NCBI GenBank assembly: GCA_963791575.1
Contig: CAWBSY010000008.1
Coordinates: forward strand, 75,972 to 139,971
Direction of reading: 5' to 3'
Origin: Terriglobia bacterium
Lineage (GTDB): Bacteria; Acidobacteriota; Terriglobia; Terriglobales; Acidobacteriaceae
DNA length: 64,000 nucleotides
Both the position numbers and the translations under genes were made by a program. This document shows, piece by piece, positions 1 to 9,064 of this stretch (positions within the stretch are counted from its first letter, which is position 1; each line of letters starts with the position of its first letter). The notes under the pieces are model-generated. The model was given only the letters and a program-made list of their open reading frames with translations. It had not been told where the DNA came from and did not search any database.

Positions 1-84
1 CTGCCGGTCGTAGATAACAATCAGAGATTGACGGGAGTCATCACATCGGACGACGTGATCAGTCTACTTAGGGCAAGGCTGTAG
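1..84 (+). CDS. C-terminal end of a CBS-domain protein (partial, gene starts upstream of window)
   Basis: Frame 1 is open from base 1 and reads LPVVDNNQRLTGVITSDDVISLLRARL before TAG at 82-84. This is a CBS-motif-like strand/helix pattern. Only 27 codons are visible. Confidence 0.4.
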   Translation: MPVVDNNQRLTGVITSDDVISLLRARL

Positions 85-128
85 GGATTGTTTGACGGTA
101 AGTATGGTGCGTAATACAATTATGTCAA

Positions 129-341
129 ATGAGTAATACATTGACATTCCGTGCGCCGGAAGATTTGGCTGAATGGTTGGCTGACGTCGCCCGACGGACA
201 GGTGTTCCGGTAAGTCAAATTATTCGCGACCAATTGCAGAGAGCAAGAAGAGAATCCGATAGCCAGCCATTTTTAAGCCTGGCGGGCGCAATAGAAGGGC
301 CGGCAGATCTTTCTTCTCGCAAGGGATTCTCGCGAAAGTGA
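129..341 (+). CDS. ribbon-helix-helix (CopG/VapB-like) antitoxin
   Basis: 70-aa ORF. The N-terminus TLTFRAPEDLAEWLADVARRTGVPVSQIIRDQL fits an RHH fold. The stop TGA (339-341) overlaps the GTG start (338-340) of the downstream PIN gene. Confidence 0.7.
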   Translation: MSNTLTFRAPEDLAEWLADVARRTGVPVSQIIRDQLQRARRESDSQPFLSLAGAIEGPADLSSRKGFSRK

Positions 342-763
342 AAGGCATTGCCGATACGGGCTTTATTGTCGCCTTTGCCAACCCGAAGGATCGCTATCAC
401 GCTTGGGCGAAAGACGTCGCAAAAAGGGTAACTACCCTCCATCCTCTTTTAACCTGCGAGGCGGCTCTCGCGGAGGCTGCATTTCATCTTTCTTCCGTTC
501 CTTATGTTCTGTCCCTGATAGATCGAGGACTCTTGAATATCGCCTTTGACCTTACGGAAAACCTGGAACAGATCACAGAGTTGGCGAATAAATATCAAGA
601 TCGCCAGCCTGATTTAGCTGATCTTTGTATCGTGCGGATGAGTGAACTGAATCCCCACCACGTCGTAATCACGATTGACGAGGAAGACTTTCGCGTCTAT
701 CGACGAAATAAGCGTGACGTTATACCGATCCTTTGTCCTCCGAAAGCATCTCGGCCTCAATAA
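338..763 (+). CDS. PIN-domain toxin (VapC-like)
   Basis: 141 aa. The N-terminal IADTGFIVAF carries the first acidic PIN residue, and further acidic residues occur at PIN-like spacing. There is a 4-nt GTGA overlap with the upstream RHH gene. Confidence 0.7.
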   Translation: MKGIADTGFIVAFANPKDRYHAWAKDVAKRVTTLHPLLTCEAALAEAAFHLSSVPYVLSLIDRGLLNIAFDLTENLEQITELANKYQDRQPDLADLCIVRMSELNPHHVVITIDEEDFRVYRRNKRDVIPILCPPKASRPQ

Positions 764-851
764 AACATTTTCTTTCCATATTCCACCTATCCAGAACTGC
801 TAACTGCATTTATCCTGTTCGTTCGTTTGACGGTCATGACGGTTTGTCACC

Positions 852-2109
852 ATGAAATTCTTCAGGAGCTGGAAAGCCCGGACACTACTGCTCTTCGCTG
901 TCATCGGTCCCGGCTTCATCACCGCCAACGTAGACAACGATGCTAATGGTATCTACACCTATTCTGCAGCTGGAGCGCAGTTTGGGCACACGCTTCTCTG
1001 GACGCTTATCCCCGTTACCATTGCACTGATCGTAGTACAAGAGATTTGCGCTCGCATGGGCGCAGTTACCGGTAAGGGCCTGAGCGATCTCATCCGCGAA
1101 GAATTCGGATTCCGCATCACCTTCTTCATGATGATCGGCATTCTGATCATCAACTTCGGCAATGTCGTTGGAGAATTCGCTGGGATAGCAGGCAGTCTCG
1201 AGCTGTTTGGCCTTTCCAAGTACATCACCGTACCTGTATGCGCTGTGATTATCTGGCTCATGGTGGTAAAGGGACAATATAAGAGCGTCGAGAAGGTATT
1301 TCTGGTCGCTTCGTTTTTCTACGTGACCTACATATTTGCAGGAATATTCGCGAAGCCCGCTTGGACAGACGCTCTGATTGCGACAATCAAGCCGCCGCCG
1401 AAAGCCTATTTCATGCAGGAGGGTTATCTCTACATGGCGATCGGGGTGATTGGAACTACGATCGCTCCCTGGATGCAGTTCTATTTGCAGGCTTCCATTG
1501 TAGAAAAAGGCGTTACGAAACGTCAGTACAAGGCGTCTCGAATCGACGTGATCGCCGGCTGTATTTTCACTGATGTGGTGGCGTGGTTCATCATTGTGGC
1601 TTGCGCCGCGACTCTTTACGCCCATGGCTACCACAATATTGCCGATGCCAAAGACGCTGCCGAAGCACTGCATCCGCTCGCCGGGGATTACGCCTATATT
1701 CTTTTTGCCATGGGTCTCTTCAATGCCTCGCTTTTCGCGGCGTCCATCCTACCGCTTTCGACTGCCTACACAGTCTGTGAAGGGTTGGGTTTCGAATCTG
1801 GAGTGGGGAAAAAAGTTTAGCGAAGCGCCAGTATTTTATTGGCTTTATACCATTCTGATAGCGGCGGGGGCGGGAGTAATCCTGTTTCCAAACCTGCCGC
1901 TGGTAAAAATTTCGATCCTTTCGCAGGTGGTGAACGGGATCGCCGTTCCGCCAGTTTTGATCTTTATGTTGTTGCTGGTGAACAAGAAAGAGCTGATGGG
2001 CAATTATGTGAATTCGAGGCTTTACAACGTAATTGCCTGGGCCACCACGGTGATTATGACGGTTTTGAGTCTGGCCTATTTCTGGACTCTCAGATCGGGT
2101 CACGGCTAA
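852..2109 (+). pseudogene. NRAMP/SLC11-family divalent cation transporter, reading frame broken once
   Basis: ORF 852-1820 (GPGFITANVDNDANG..., multiple TM segments) continues in the +1 frame as ORF tail 1810-2109 (KKFSEAPVFYWLYTILIAAG...SQVVNGIAVPPVLIFMLLLVNKKELMG). The switch is at the G4A6 run at 1805-1814. The fused length is about 418 aa, typical for the family. Confidence 0.85.
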
Positions 2110-2218
2110 GAGATTCGACGCGGGTACTCTGGAAAAGGCACGCAAGCGCAGTAACTTCTTGCATCTTCAGCAGCTATCTGGGAAACTTTTCTTGGCATTT
2201 GAATCTCTAACGTAATAA

Positions 2219-3331
2219 ATGCTATCCCGGTGTTTTATGCGGAATCGTTTCCTAGTCCCCGCTTACCTTAGTATTTTCATCCTGTTCAGTTTTTTGGCTT
2301 GGAGCCAGACCGATACCTCTCAGACGACGGCTTCCGCGAGCGATCTATCTTCAGTGTCAACTGCTGTACCAATCGCACAACATCCGGTAAAGAGTTATCA
2401 CGACGGCAGTGTGCGCGATATTGACGCCATTGGAAATAGAAATATCGGCTGCCAGCGCAGCATGGGCAATTGGTACAGCATTGAAAAGCAGATTGCGATG
2501 GGCAAAGAGTATTCCATGCAGGTGGAAACTACTTCCAAGCTCGTTACCGATCCTGTGATTACCGAGTATGTGAATCGTGTAGGGCAGAACCTCGTCCGTA
2601 ATTCGGACGCGCTGGTGCCTTTCACGATCAAGGTGGTCGATTCAGATGAAATTAATGCCTTTGCACTTCCTGGGGGCTTCTTCTATGTGGATTCTGGCCT
2701 GATTCTCGCGGCCGACAACGAGGCCGAGCTCGCAGGCGTGATGTCGCACGAAATTGCACACGTGGCTGCCTGCCATGCGGCACGAGAAAATACTCGCGGC
2801 CAATTGATGAACATAGCTTCGATTCCCTTGATCATGATTGGCGGCCCGATCGGATATGCGGGGTACCAGGCCGCGGGGTTGCTTGTCCCCCTCGGTTTTC
2901 TAAAGTTCTCGCGTGGCTTTGAATCCGAGGCAGATTATCTCGGCGTTGAATACATGTACAAAGCTGGCTACGATCCGCAGTCGTTCACGGCATTTTTTGA
3001 GAAGGTGAAAAATCTCGAGAAGCACAAGCCTGGCACCATATCGAAAGCGTTCGATTCCCATCCGCAGACTCCGGACCGCATCGAAAAAACCCAACAGGAA
3101 ATCAATACACTGCTCCCCGCCGAAGCCCAGTATAAAGTCGATACGTCGGAGTTTCAGGATGTGAAAGCGAGACTCGGGATGATCGAGAATCGCCACAAAA
3201 TCGATAGCAATCACGAAGACGGCAAACCGACCTTGCGACGTACTTCCCATCCGAGTACAGACAGCGGTAAAAGCGATGACAGCGGAGATGATCGTCCTAC
3301 GCTGAAGCGACGCACCGATACTCAACCATAG
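2219..3331 (+). CDS. secreted M48-family Zn metalloprotease
   Basis: 370 aa with an N-terminal hydrophobic signal-like segment, the HEIAH zinc motif (MSHEIAHVAACH) and a downstream ESEADYLG motif typical of M48 peptidases. Confidence 0.85.
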   Translation: MLSRCFMRNRFLVPAYLSIFILFSFLAWSQTDTSQTTASASDLSSVSTAVPIAQHPVKSYHDGSVRDIDAIGNRNIGCQRSMGNWYSIEKQIAMGKEYSMQVETTSKLVTDPVITEYVNRVGQNLVRNSDALVPFTIKVVDSDEINAFALPGGFFYVDSGLILAADNEAELAGVMSHEIAHVAACHAARENTRGQLMNIASIPLIMIGGPIGYAGYQAAGLLVPLGFLKFSRGFESEADYLGVEYMYKAGYDPQSFTAFFEKVKNLEKHKPGTISKAFDSHPQTPDRIEKTQQEINTLLPAEAQYKVDTSEFQDVKARLGMIENRHKIDSNHEDGKPTLRRTSHPSTDSGKSDDSGDDRPTLKRRTDTQP

Positions 3332-3437
3332 GCCGGTCAGTGCACTTAAATGCATCGCATTAATGCTAGGATTGTAAGAATAAGTGGTGCCATCAACCCT
3401 GTTCAGCCGCGACACCACTTCCTGAGAAAGAACGATC

Positions 3438-4616
3438 CTACCAACGCTCTGCTGGGAAGGCGTTGTACAGACCATTCAATGAAATCTGCTCGCCTAGGGT
3501 TACGGCTCCGGACTGCGCGTTGAAAACAAAGAAGTTGATCGTGGAGTTGGCATCGATGTTGCCATACTGAACTCCGTACAACAGACGATCATCCGGACTG
3601 AAGTACAAGTTCAGCAGATCAGACAGAGAGTATCCGGTGTCGACGATTTGCTGGGTCGCCCAATCCACCTTACCTATAAGTTGTCCGGACACAGTATTAA
3701 AGACAACAAAACGACCTAGAGGATCAATCTGGATTGACCCCGAATTCGCACATGCAGACAGCATCTTGGCGGTGCAGTGAATCAGCGGCTTCTTGGGTCC
3801 AGGCGTCAGCGGATAAACGTTCAAAAGATTATATTGCGGCTGGTAAGAAATCGGATTGTGAAGATCGAAGAACACGTTCCCGGCGATCACGACTTCATCC
3901 CCGCCCTGGTTTCCATTTCTCCAATTGAAAAACTGCGTGCCACCGCTCAGGTTTCCGGTTGTCTGGTCGACATCCCTGTAATAGTAAGTAAGCTCTTCGC
4001 TGTCGTGGTAATAACAGCCCACAACGATGTAGAGTCTACTTCCATCGGAACTGAACCCGTAGAATCCAGGCCCGCAATAGTAACTGGGAGGATAGCTTCC
4101 CTGAATGGTCGGAGATTCAGTGAGGATCCCGGTGTTGCGATTTACTGTGAAAAGGCGGATTTGATACGCGTACTCTCCGTAGGATTTCAGCTCTGACTGA
4201 ATTGCATAGGCAAAGCGTCCGTTAGGATCGATCTGAAATTGGTTGATGGAGGTCACCGTTAGGTCCTGCACCGCTGGAACTTGCGGGACTCCAAAGGAAT
4301 CCGTGGCATAGACCCAAATGTGCTGAACTTTTTGTGAGTCGGTTCCAAAGATGTAAACGAACCGATCTTTCCTTGCTGTGTTAAGGGAGAGATTTAATGG
4401 AGAGGCTGCGGTAACGAGGGGCTGCCCTACCAACGTAGCCTGCCCGTTTTCCGGATCCACATTGTAAGTTAAGATATTCGAATTTTGTTGTAGGTAAAGT
4501 ACTTCGACTTTGGTATTAGCCGAAGCGATTGGTGAAGAAGTTTGCGCCCTTGCACTGATGGTTAGAGTAGCGAGCGATAGAACCGAGGCAAAAAGTAACG
4601 AGAGTCGGCCAGGCAT
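3438..4616 (-). CDS. secreted hypothetical protein, beta-propeller-like repeats
   Basis: 392 aa. Signal peptide MPGRLSLLFASVLSLATLTISARAQ. There are repeated beta-strand-rich segments (FAYAIQS, RLYIVVG, RFVVFNT, LLYGVQY). No catalytic motif was recognised. Confidence 0.55.
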   Translation of the reverse strand: MPGRLSLLFASVLSLATLTISARAQTSSPIASANTKVEVLYLQQNSNILTYNVDPENGQATLVGQPLVTAASPLNLSLNTARKDRFVYIFGTDSQKVQHIWVYATDSFGVPQVPAVQDLTVTSINQFQIDPNGRFAYAIQSELKSYGEYAYQIRLFTVNRNTGILTESPTIQGSYPPSYYCGPGFYGFSSDGSRLYIVVGCYYHDSEELTYYYRDVDQTTGNLSGGTQFFNWRNGNQGGDEVVIAGNVFFDLHNPISYQPQYNLLNVYPLTPGPKKPLIHCTAKMLSACANSGSIQIDPLGRFVVFNTVSGQLIGKVDWATQQIVDTGYSLSDLLNLYFSPDDRLLYGVQYGNIDANSTINFFVFNAQSGAVTLGEQISLNGLYNAFPAERW

Positions 4617-4772
4617 GGGATTTCCCTCCGGGCAGCTTTAAGCTGCTTTTTCGGGAGCTTTGGATTCCTCAATTGTTTCGCGAGTTGCTGCTTTCTAAGG
4701 GAGAGTACAGTGTTTGAGGGACGACATATTCTTTTGTAATTGAAACTTGTGCCGTTCTCAGACAAGCTGTTC

Positions 4773-5171
4773 TTACATGATTCGTCCTTCGGCCAAGTCT
4801 TTGACTAATCCCAGGTCAGCTTCCAAGAAGTCATAGGAGGGTAGGTTTTGGCGCTCTGCCCATTGCACATCCTTGAAAATCTTATTTTCGATCTCACCAC
4901 GATATTCATGGACGGCGAAAAAGCGCAGTTCCACTGATCCGCCGTTCGGGTATGTGTGTACGATGCGCGAGGCTTCATCGCCGATTACCGCGTCGATGCC
5001 GAGTTCCTCTTCGAGTTCACGGTGCAATGCATCCCGAGGCTGTTCACCTTCTTCAATTTTTCCACCGGGAAACTCCCACTTCAGCGGCATTACCTGATGG
5101 CGAGTGCGCTGGCAAACCAGAATCTTTTCATTCTGGAAGATCAAGGCCGCAACGACGCGCTTCACCGGCAC
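4773..5171 (-). CDS. NUDIX hydrolase (MutT-like)
   Basis: 132 aa with a clear Nudix box GGKIEEGEQPRDALHRELEEELGI. Confidence 0.85.
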   Translation of the reverse strand: MPVKRVVAALIFQNEKILVCQRTRHQVMPLKWEFPGGKIEEGEQPRDALHRELEEELGIDAVIGDEASRIVHTYPNGGSVELRFFAVHEYRGEIENKIFKDVQWAERQNLPSYDFLEADLGLVKDLAEGRIM

Positions 5172-5329
5172 ACCAAACTTACGACCCGAAACGGATTACA
5201 GAGTTCAATCATTTCCCAAATTTCCCCGGCGATATTTTGTAGTGAATGAGCGATCAGGATACTAAGAACCCGAAGAGTGCGAGTTTTCTATTTTTTTCAG
5301 CGATATGGGTTCAATCACCATACGGCATA

Positions 5330-6187
5330 TTAACGCACTTCTCCCAACCGATGATTTCTGTCGCGAATATTGGCAATCCTTCTCAGACCTTGCGGAAGTG
5401 GGAAACTCTCTGGCCAGAACGCGGCTGCCAACGCTCTTAGACCGTTAATCAAATTCGGCGCCGGAGTATTTAGCAATTCGTCACTGATGCAATACACTTG
5501 ACCTTCGCTCGCAGCTCGCATCGTTTGCCATCCTCGCTTTTCAACAATTTTTTCGAGTGGAACGCGATCACCGGCGCCGCACCAGGCTGCCACGATTACA
5601 TCAGGGTCTTCAGACATTACGGCTTCTGCTGAAGTCGTTGCGCCCGGAGTTCCGATGAACTCGCCGCCCGCGATTTCCACTAGCTCTGCGACCCACGCTT
5701 GTGAGGCAATCAGCGGCTTGCCCCACTCTTCGCAATAGACTCTGGGACGCTTCCGCTCACCTCTTGTTGCCATAACTTGTGTCCGCACCTCTTCAAGGTT
5801 CTGTTGCATGTGGGCTATGGTTCGTGCGCCTTCTTGCGAAGCTCCCATAATCCCTGCGATACACGCGATGTCGCCGTATACGTCGGCCAGCGTTTTTGGC
5901 GCAAACCCTAGGAACCGCGCTCCCGATTTCAATATTTCTGTCACTGCTTTTTCTTGATACGGGACGGATGCAATGACCAAGTCCGGTCGTGTACTCAATA
6001 TTTGTTCGCTTTGTGCAGTCCAGGAATCGGCAACAATGGTTCGCTTGTTTCCGATAACCTCCGGACACACGTCCACGCAATATTTTGTGCAGGCCACCAG
6101 GCGATCTAGCTTCCCGATCTGTTGCAAAATTAAAGTTGCGCTCGGTTGCAGTGATACGACTCGCTGCGGAGTATGGTCGGAAGGCAT
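5330..6187 (-). CDS. BtuF/FhuD-type (cluster A) ABC substrate-binding-like protein, no signal peptide seen
   Basis: 285 aa. RVVSLQPSATLILQQIGKLDRLVACT and PDLVIAS resemble the periplasmic binding protein family for cobalamin/siderophores. There are no adjacent permease or ATPase genes. Confidence 0.65.
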   Translation of the reverse strand: MPSDHTPQRVVSLQPSATLILQQIGKLDRLVACTKYCVDVCPEVIGNKRTIVADSWTAQSEQILSTRPDLVIASVPYQEKAVTEILKSGARFLGFAPKTLADVYGDIACIAGIMGASQEGARTIAHMQQNLEEVRTQVMATRGERKRPRVYCEEWGKPLIASQAWVAELVEIAGGEFIGTPGATTSAEAVMSEDPDVIVAAWCGAGDRVPLEKIVEKRGWQTMRAASEGQVYCISDELLNTPAPNLINGLRALAAAFWPESFPLPQGLRRIANIRDRNHRLGEVR

Positions 6188-6240
6188 GTGAATTTATCTT
6201 AACGCCTCTGAAACCTGGCGCCTCTCAAGATAGTCGATAG

Positions 6241-6630
6241 GTGGCGAGAAAGAATTTAGAATGGTCTCTGATGTACTCCCCTCAAGTTCTCGATCATTTT
6301 CAGAATCCGCGCAATGGTGGCGAAGTTCGCGATCCCGACGCGTTCGCGCAGATTGAAAATCCAGCCTGCGGAGATATTCTCAAACTCACGCTCAAGATTA
6401 CGGACGGCCGTGTAGCTGAAATTCGCTTCCTGGCAAAAGGGTGCGTGGCTGCCATGGCTTGTGCTTCGGCTGTCACTGAATTGGCTCAGGGTAGAACAGT
6501 TCAGGATGCTCGTAAGCTAGAAAGGGAAGCCGTAATTCGGTGTGTAGGCGGATTGCCGGAAGCTTCCATTCATGCAAGCCATTTGGCAATCGATACCCTC
6601 ACATCGGCATTGGCTGGAATCAAGATCTAA
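6241..6630 (+). CDS. IscU/NifU N-terminal-domain Fe-S scaffold-like protein
   Basis: VLDHFQNPRNGG, NPACGD and AKGCVAAMA motifs. The start is either GTG at 6241 or ATG at 6271 (MYSPQVLDHF). The usual third Cys (LHCS) reads IHAS. Confidence 0.8.
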   Translation: MARKNLEWSLMYSPQVLDHFQNPRNGGEVRDPDAFAQIENPACGDILKLTLKITDGRVAEIRFLAKGCVAAMACASAVTELAQGRTVQDARKLEREAVIRCVGGLPEASIHASHLAIDTLTSALAGIKI

Positions 6631-7342
6631 CTTCCGGTGATGTGCCGTTTGGCCAATACACTGTCCATCCCCGTTCTCGGGCCATTTTTTCCAGATCAGG
6701 ATTGGGATTAATGGCAAAAGCATGGCGGGCAATTTTGAGCATCTCTGCGTCCCATCGAGAATTCCCAAAGGCCACATCTGGATCGACCTTCGCGACCTCT
6801 CGAATCGCCTTAGGCTTTCCGTGTCCGGAGGGCACACGGATCAAACGGTTCGTAATCGTCCCATTCTCGATCTCCACGGAAGCAGCTAGAATCCGGTTCG
6901 CTGGAATTTTGAAGTGCTTCATCCCAGCTTCGATGACCCAATTGTTGGTGGATGAAACAGCCCAGACATCGCAACCCGATTCTTGCAGGCGACGCACCGC
7001 TTCGCGCATCTCGGGAAAGATGTTCTCCACAAACTTCTCGTCAAAGAACTCGCCCGCAATCCTCAGCATCTCAGCTTCCCGGATGCCGGCATGCATGGTG
7101 ACCATTTCTCCGCACATATCATCTTCGCTGACGTTCCCGGTCTTATAGTCAGCATGCCGGGCTCGTATCCTGGCCACGACCTCATTCGAGACGATACCGC
7201 GTTCAAGTTCCCATGAGAAAAATCGTTCGCCAGCATCGCCTGACCAGAGTGTGCCGTCGCAATCAAAAAAAGCTATAGCAGGTTTAAGGTGTAAAACGGA
7301 GTCGATGAATTCCACAGCTTTAGGCGAGAGTGTTGCGGTCAC
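6620..7342 (-). CDS. HAD-superfamily hydrolase (subfamily IB, SerB-like)
   Basis: 240 aa with HAD motif I FFDCDGTLW and downstream SSTNNWV and GNSRWD motifs. Confidence 0.75.
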   Translation of the reverse strand: MTATLSPKAVEFIDSVLHLKPAIAFFDCDGTLWSGDAGERFFSWELERGIVSNEVVARIRARHADYKTGNVSEDDMCGEMVTMHAGIREAEMLRIAGEFFDEKFVENIFPEMREAVRRLQESGCDVWAVSSTNNWVIEAGMKHFKIPANRILAASVEIENGTITNRLIRVPSGHGKPKAIREVAKVDPDVAFGNSRWDAEMLKIARHAFAINPNPDLEKMARERGWTVYWPNGTSPEVRS

Positions 7343-7358
7343 GTAGCATGATCCATTC

Positions 7359-8009
7359 TTAATTTGAGGTATAAGGCTTAGTTGCGGGAACTAACGCTGC
7401 GTAGTCTTGCGGCGTATCTACATTCAGTGTAATCAAAGGATCGTCGACTTGAATATATTCTATGTGTTGCCGGCTTCGGTGCTCAATGTCGCGCGCGTTT
7501 GAAGTCACATCAGCTGCCATGAATGCCGAAATCATTTCTCGTCCTACGAGAATGGGGTGTCCGTGCTTTCCTTGGTAGTCCGGCACCACCGCCCACTTCC
7601 TGCGAAGGACAGCATCCGCAAAGGCCAAACTGAGTGTCCTCAAGGTTGCTATGTTCGGAGGCGGTCGGTCCACCAACGTGATCATAGCGGCATCTCGGCC
7701 CTGGTCTAGCACTTCCTGGAGGCCAACTTGAAGAGAACTGAATTGCCCGAGTTCCGGATTACGATTTCGCACAATCGAAGCACCAGCCGCGTAGACGATT
7801 GGCCTCAGATATTCTTCGTTCTTTCCAGCGACGACAATCACCATGTCGTTAACGGCATTTAACGTTGCAATGGTCGCTGATAGGAATGTCTGATTGGGCG
7901 CAACTCCTGCGTCCACCGGTGGCCAGGGAAGAAGTGCCTTGTCCGTTCCCATTCGAGTGGACTCCCCAGCAGCGAGAATGATTCCGCAGAAGCTGGGCGC
8001 ACGGCTCAT
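7359..8009 (-). CDS. MobA/MocA-like nucleotidyltransferase
   Basis: 216 aa. GIILAAGESTRMGTDKALLPW is the NTP_transf_3 signature. The ATG overlaps the stop of the upstream gene (ATGA at 8006-8009). Confidence 0.75.
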   Translation of the reverse strand: MSRAPSFCGIILAAGESTRMGTDKALLPWPPVDAGVAPNQTFLSATIATLNAVNDMVIVVAGKNEEYLRPIVYAAGASIVRNRNPELGQFSSLQVGLQEVLDQGRDAAMITLVDRPPPNIATLRTLSLAFADAVLRRKWAVVPDYQGKHGHPILVGREMISAFMAADVTSNARDIEHRSRQHIEYIQVDDPLITLNVDTPQDYAALVPATKPYTSN

Positions 8010-8875
8010 AGTCCGCCCGGCAACTCGCCATTCAACAATTTGCCTAGCCCCGCCGCCGGACAGCGTAGCCCAATGTAGAAATGTCCAAACAGGGCGTAAA
8101 CGGCACTTACCTCATCGAATCGCATCTCATAAATCAATTTCTTGAAGACGACGGGATCATCTGAGAAAAGATCGACTCCCCACTCCCAATCGTCAAAGCC
8201 GATCGAGCCCGTGATGATCTGCTTGACCTGCCCTGCGTAGCGGCGTCCGACTAGCCCATGCTCATTCATTTGTCGTGCACGTTCTTCAATAGGTACCGTG
8301 TACCAGTTCTTGTCTTCGCCACGACGGCGATCCATGGGGTAGAAGCAGGCGTAGCGATGTTTTGGAATCTCCGGAAACAACCGTGGGCGCATTGCCTCTC
8401 GTTGGCGCGCCAGAGTCTCTTCGATCGAGCGGTTCCATTCTTCGGAATGGGTTTCGACCCCTCGATCAGCGAGTTCCTGGTAGATCTTAATCGTAGACTC
8501 ATACAGCCCAAGCTCAATGATTGAGAGGTAAGAGGTCGTGGGTTCCAGATAATCATTCAACCGCAGACGGGCGAGTTGCAATTCCGCGTGATTCAGCTCA
8601 TCGAACGACCGCCGGAAATGGACGAACATCAGGTCGCCCTTGTGTCCGATCAAAGAAAATAGCGCTGACTGACCTGTCCCGTTCTGTTCCATTCGTCCGA
8701 GCACGCCTGTAGCTTCGTGCACGATGTCGGTTTTCTGGGTTGTACGAAGCTGCCGCCAAGCATCCCAACGGAAACGCATCATCTGGTGCAATACGCTATA
8801 ACCTTCGACGGTGAGCGGGACTGCTGGAATCTCAGTCGAAACTGAGTGTTGCCGAACTGGGTGAGTAGTGGACAT
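8006..8875 (-). CDS. chlorite dismutase-family protein (HemQ/coproheme decarboxylase-like)
   Basis: 289 aa. CFYPMDRRRGEDKNWY...GSIGFDDWEWGVDLFSDDPVVFKKLIYEMRFDEVSAVYALFG matches the Cld/HemQ family pattern. Confidence 0.75.
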   Translation of the reverse strand: MSTTHPVRQHSVSTEIPAVPLTVEGYSVLHQMMRFRWDAWRQLRTTQKTDIVHEATGVLGRMEQNGTGQSALFSLIGHKGDLMFVHFRRSFDELNHAELQLARLRLNDYLEPTTSYLSIIELGLYESTIKIYQELADRGVETHSEEWNRSIEETLARQREAMRPRLFPEIPKHRYACFYPMDRRRGEDKNWYTVPIEERARQMNEHGLVGRRYAGQVKQIITGSIGFDDWEWGVDLFSDDPVVFKKLIYEMRFDEVSAVYALFGHFYIGLRCPAAGLGKLLNGELPGGL

Positions 8876-9064
8876 AGGGTGGTTTTGTTAGCTCTACTGC
8901 CAATTGTACTCGGGACGAGATTGGCCAGAAAGGGAGGGCGCTTCACCCTGCCGGCGGCAAAAAAGCCTTCTCCGGGCCACCCCAGATGGCTTGCACGGTA
9001 ACCAACCAATGGGATTACTATTTACAGAGCAACAGGATGGCGGGTATCCGGCTTCTAAGTAATT

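Noticed and set aside
885-1673. 262-aa minus-strand ORF
   Set aside because: It lies entirely antisense to the well-supported Nramp gene. It has an Arg/Ser/His-rich shadow-ORF composition and no recognisable motif.
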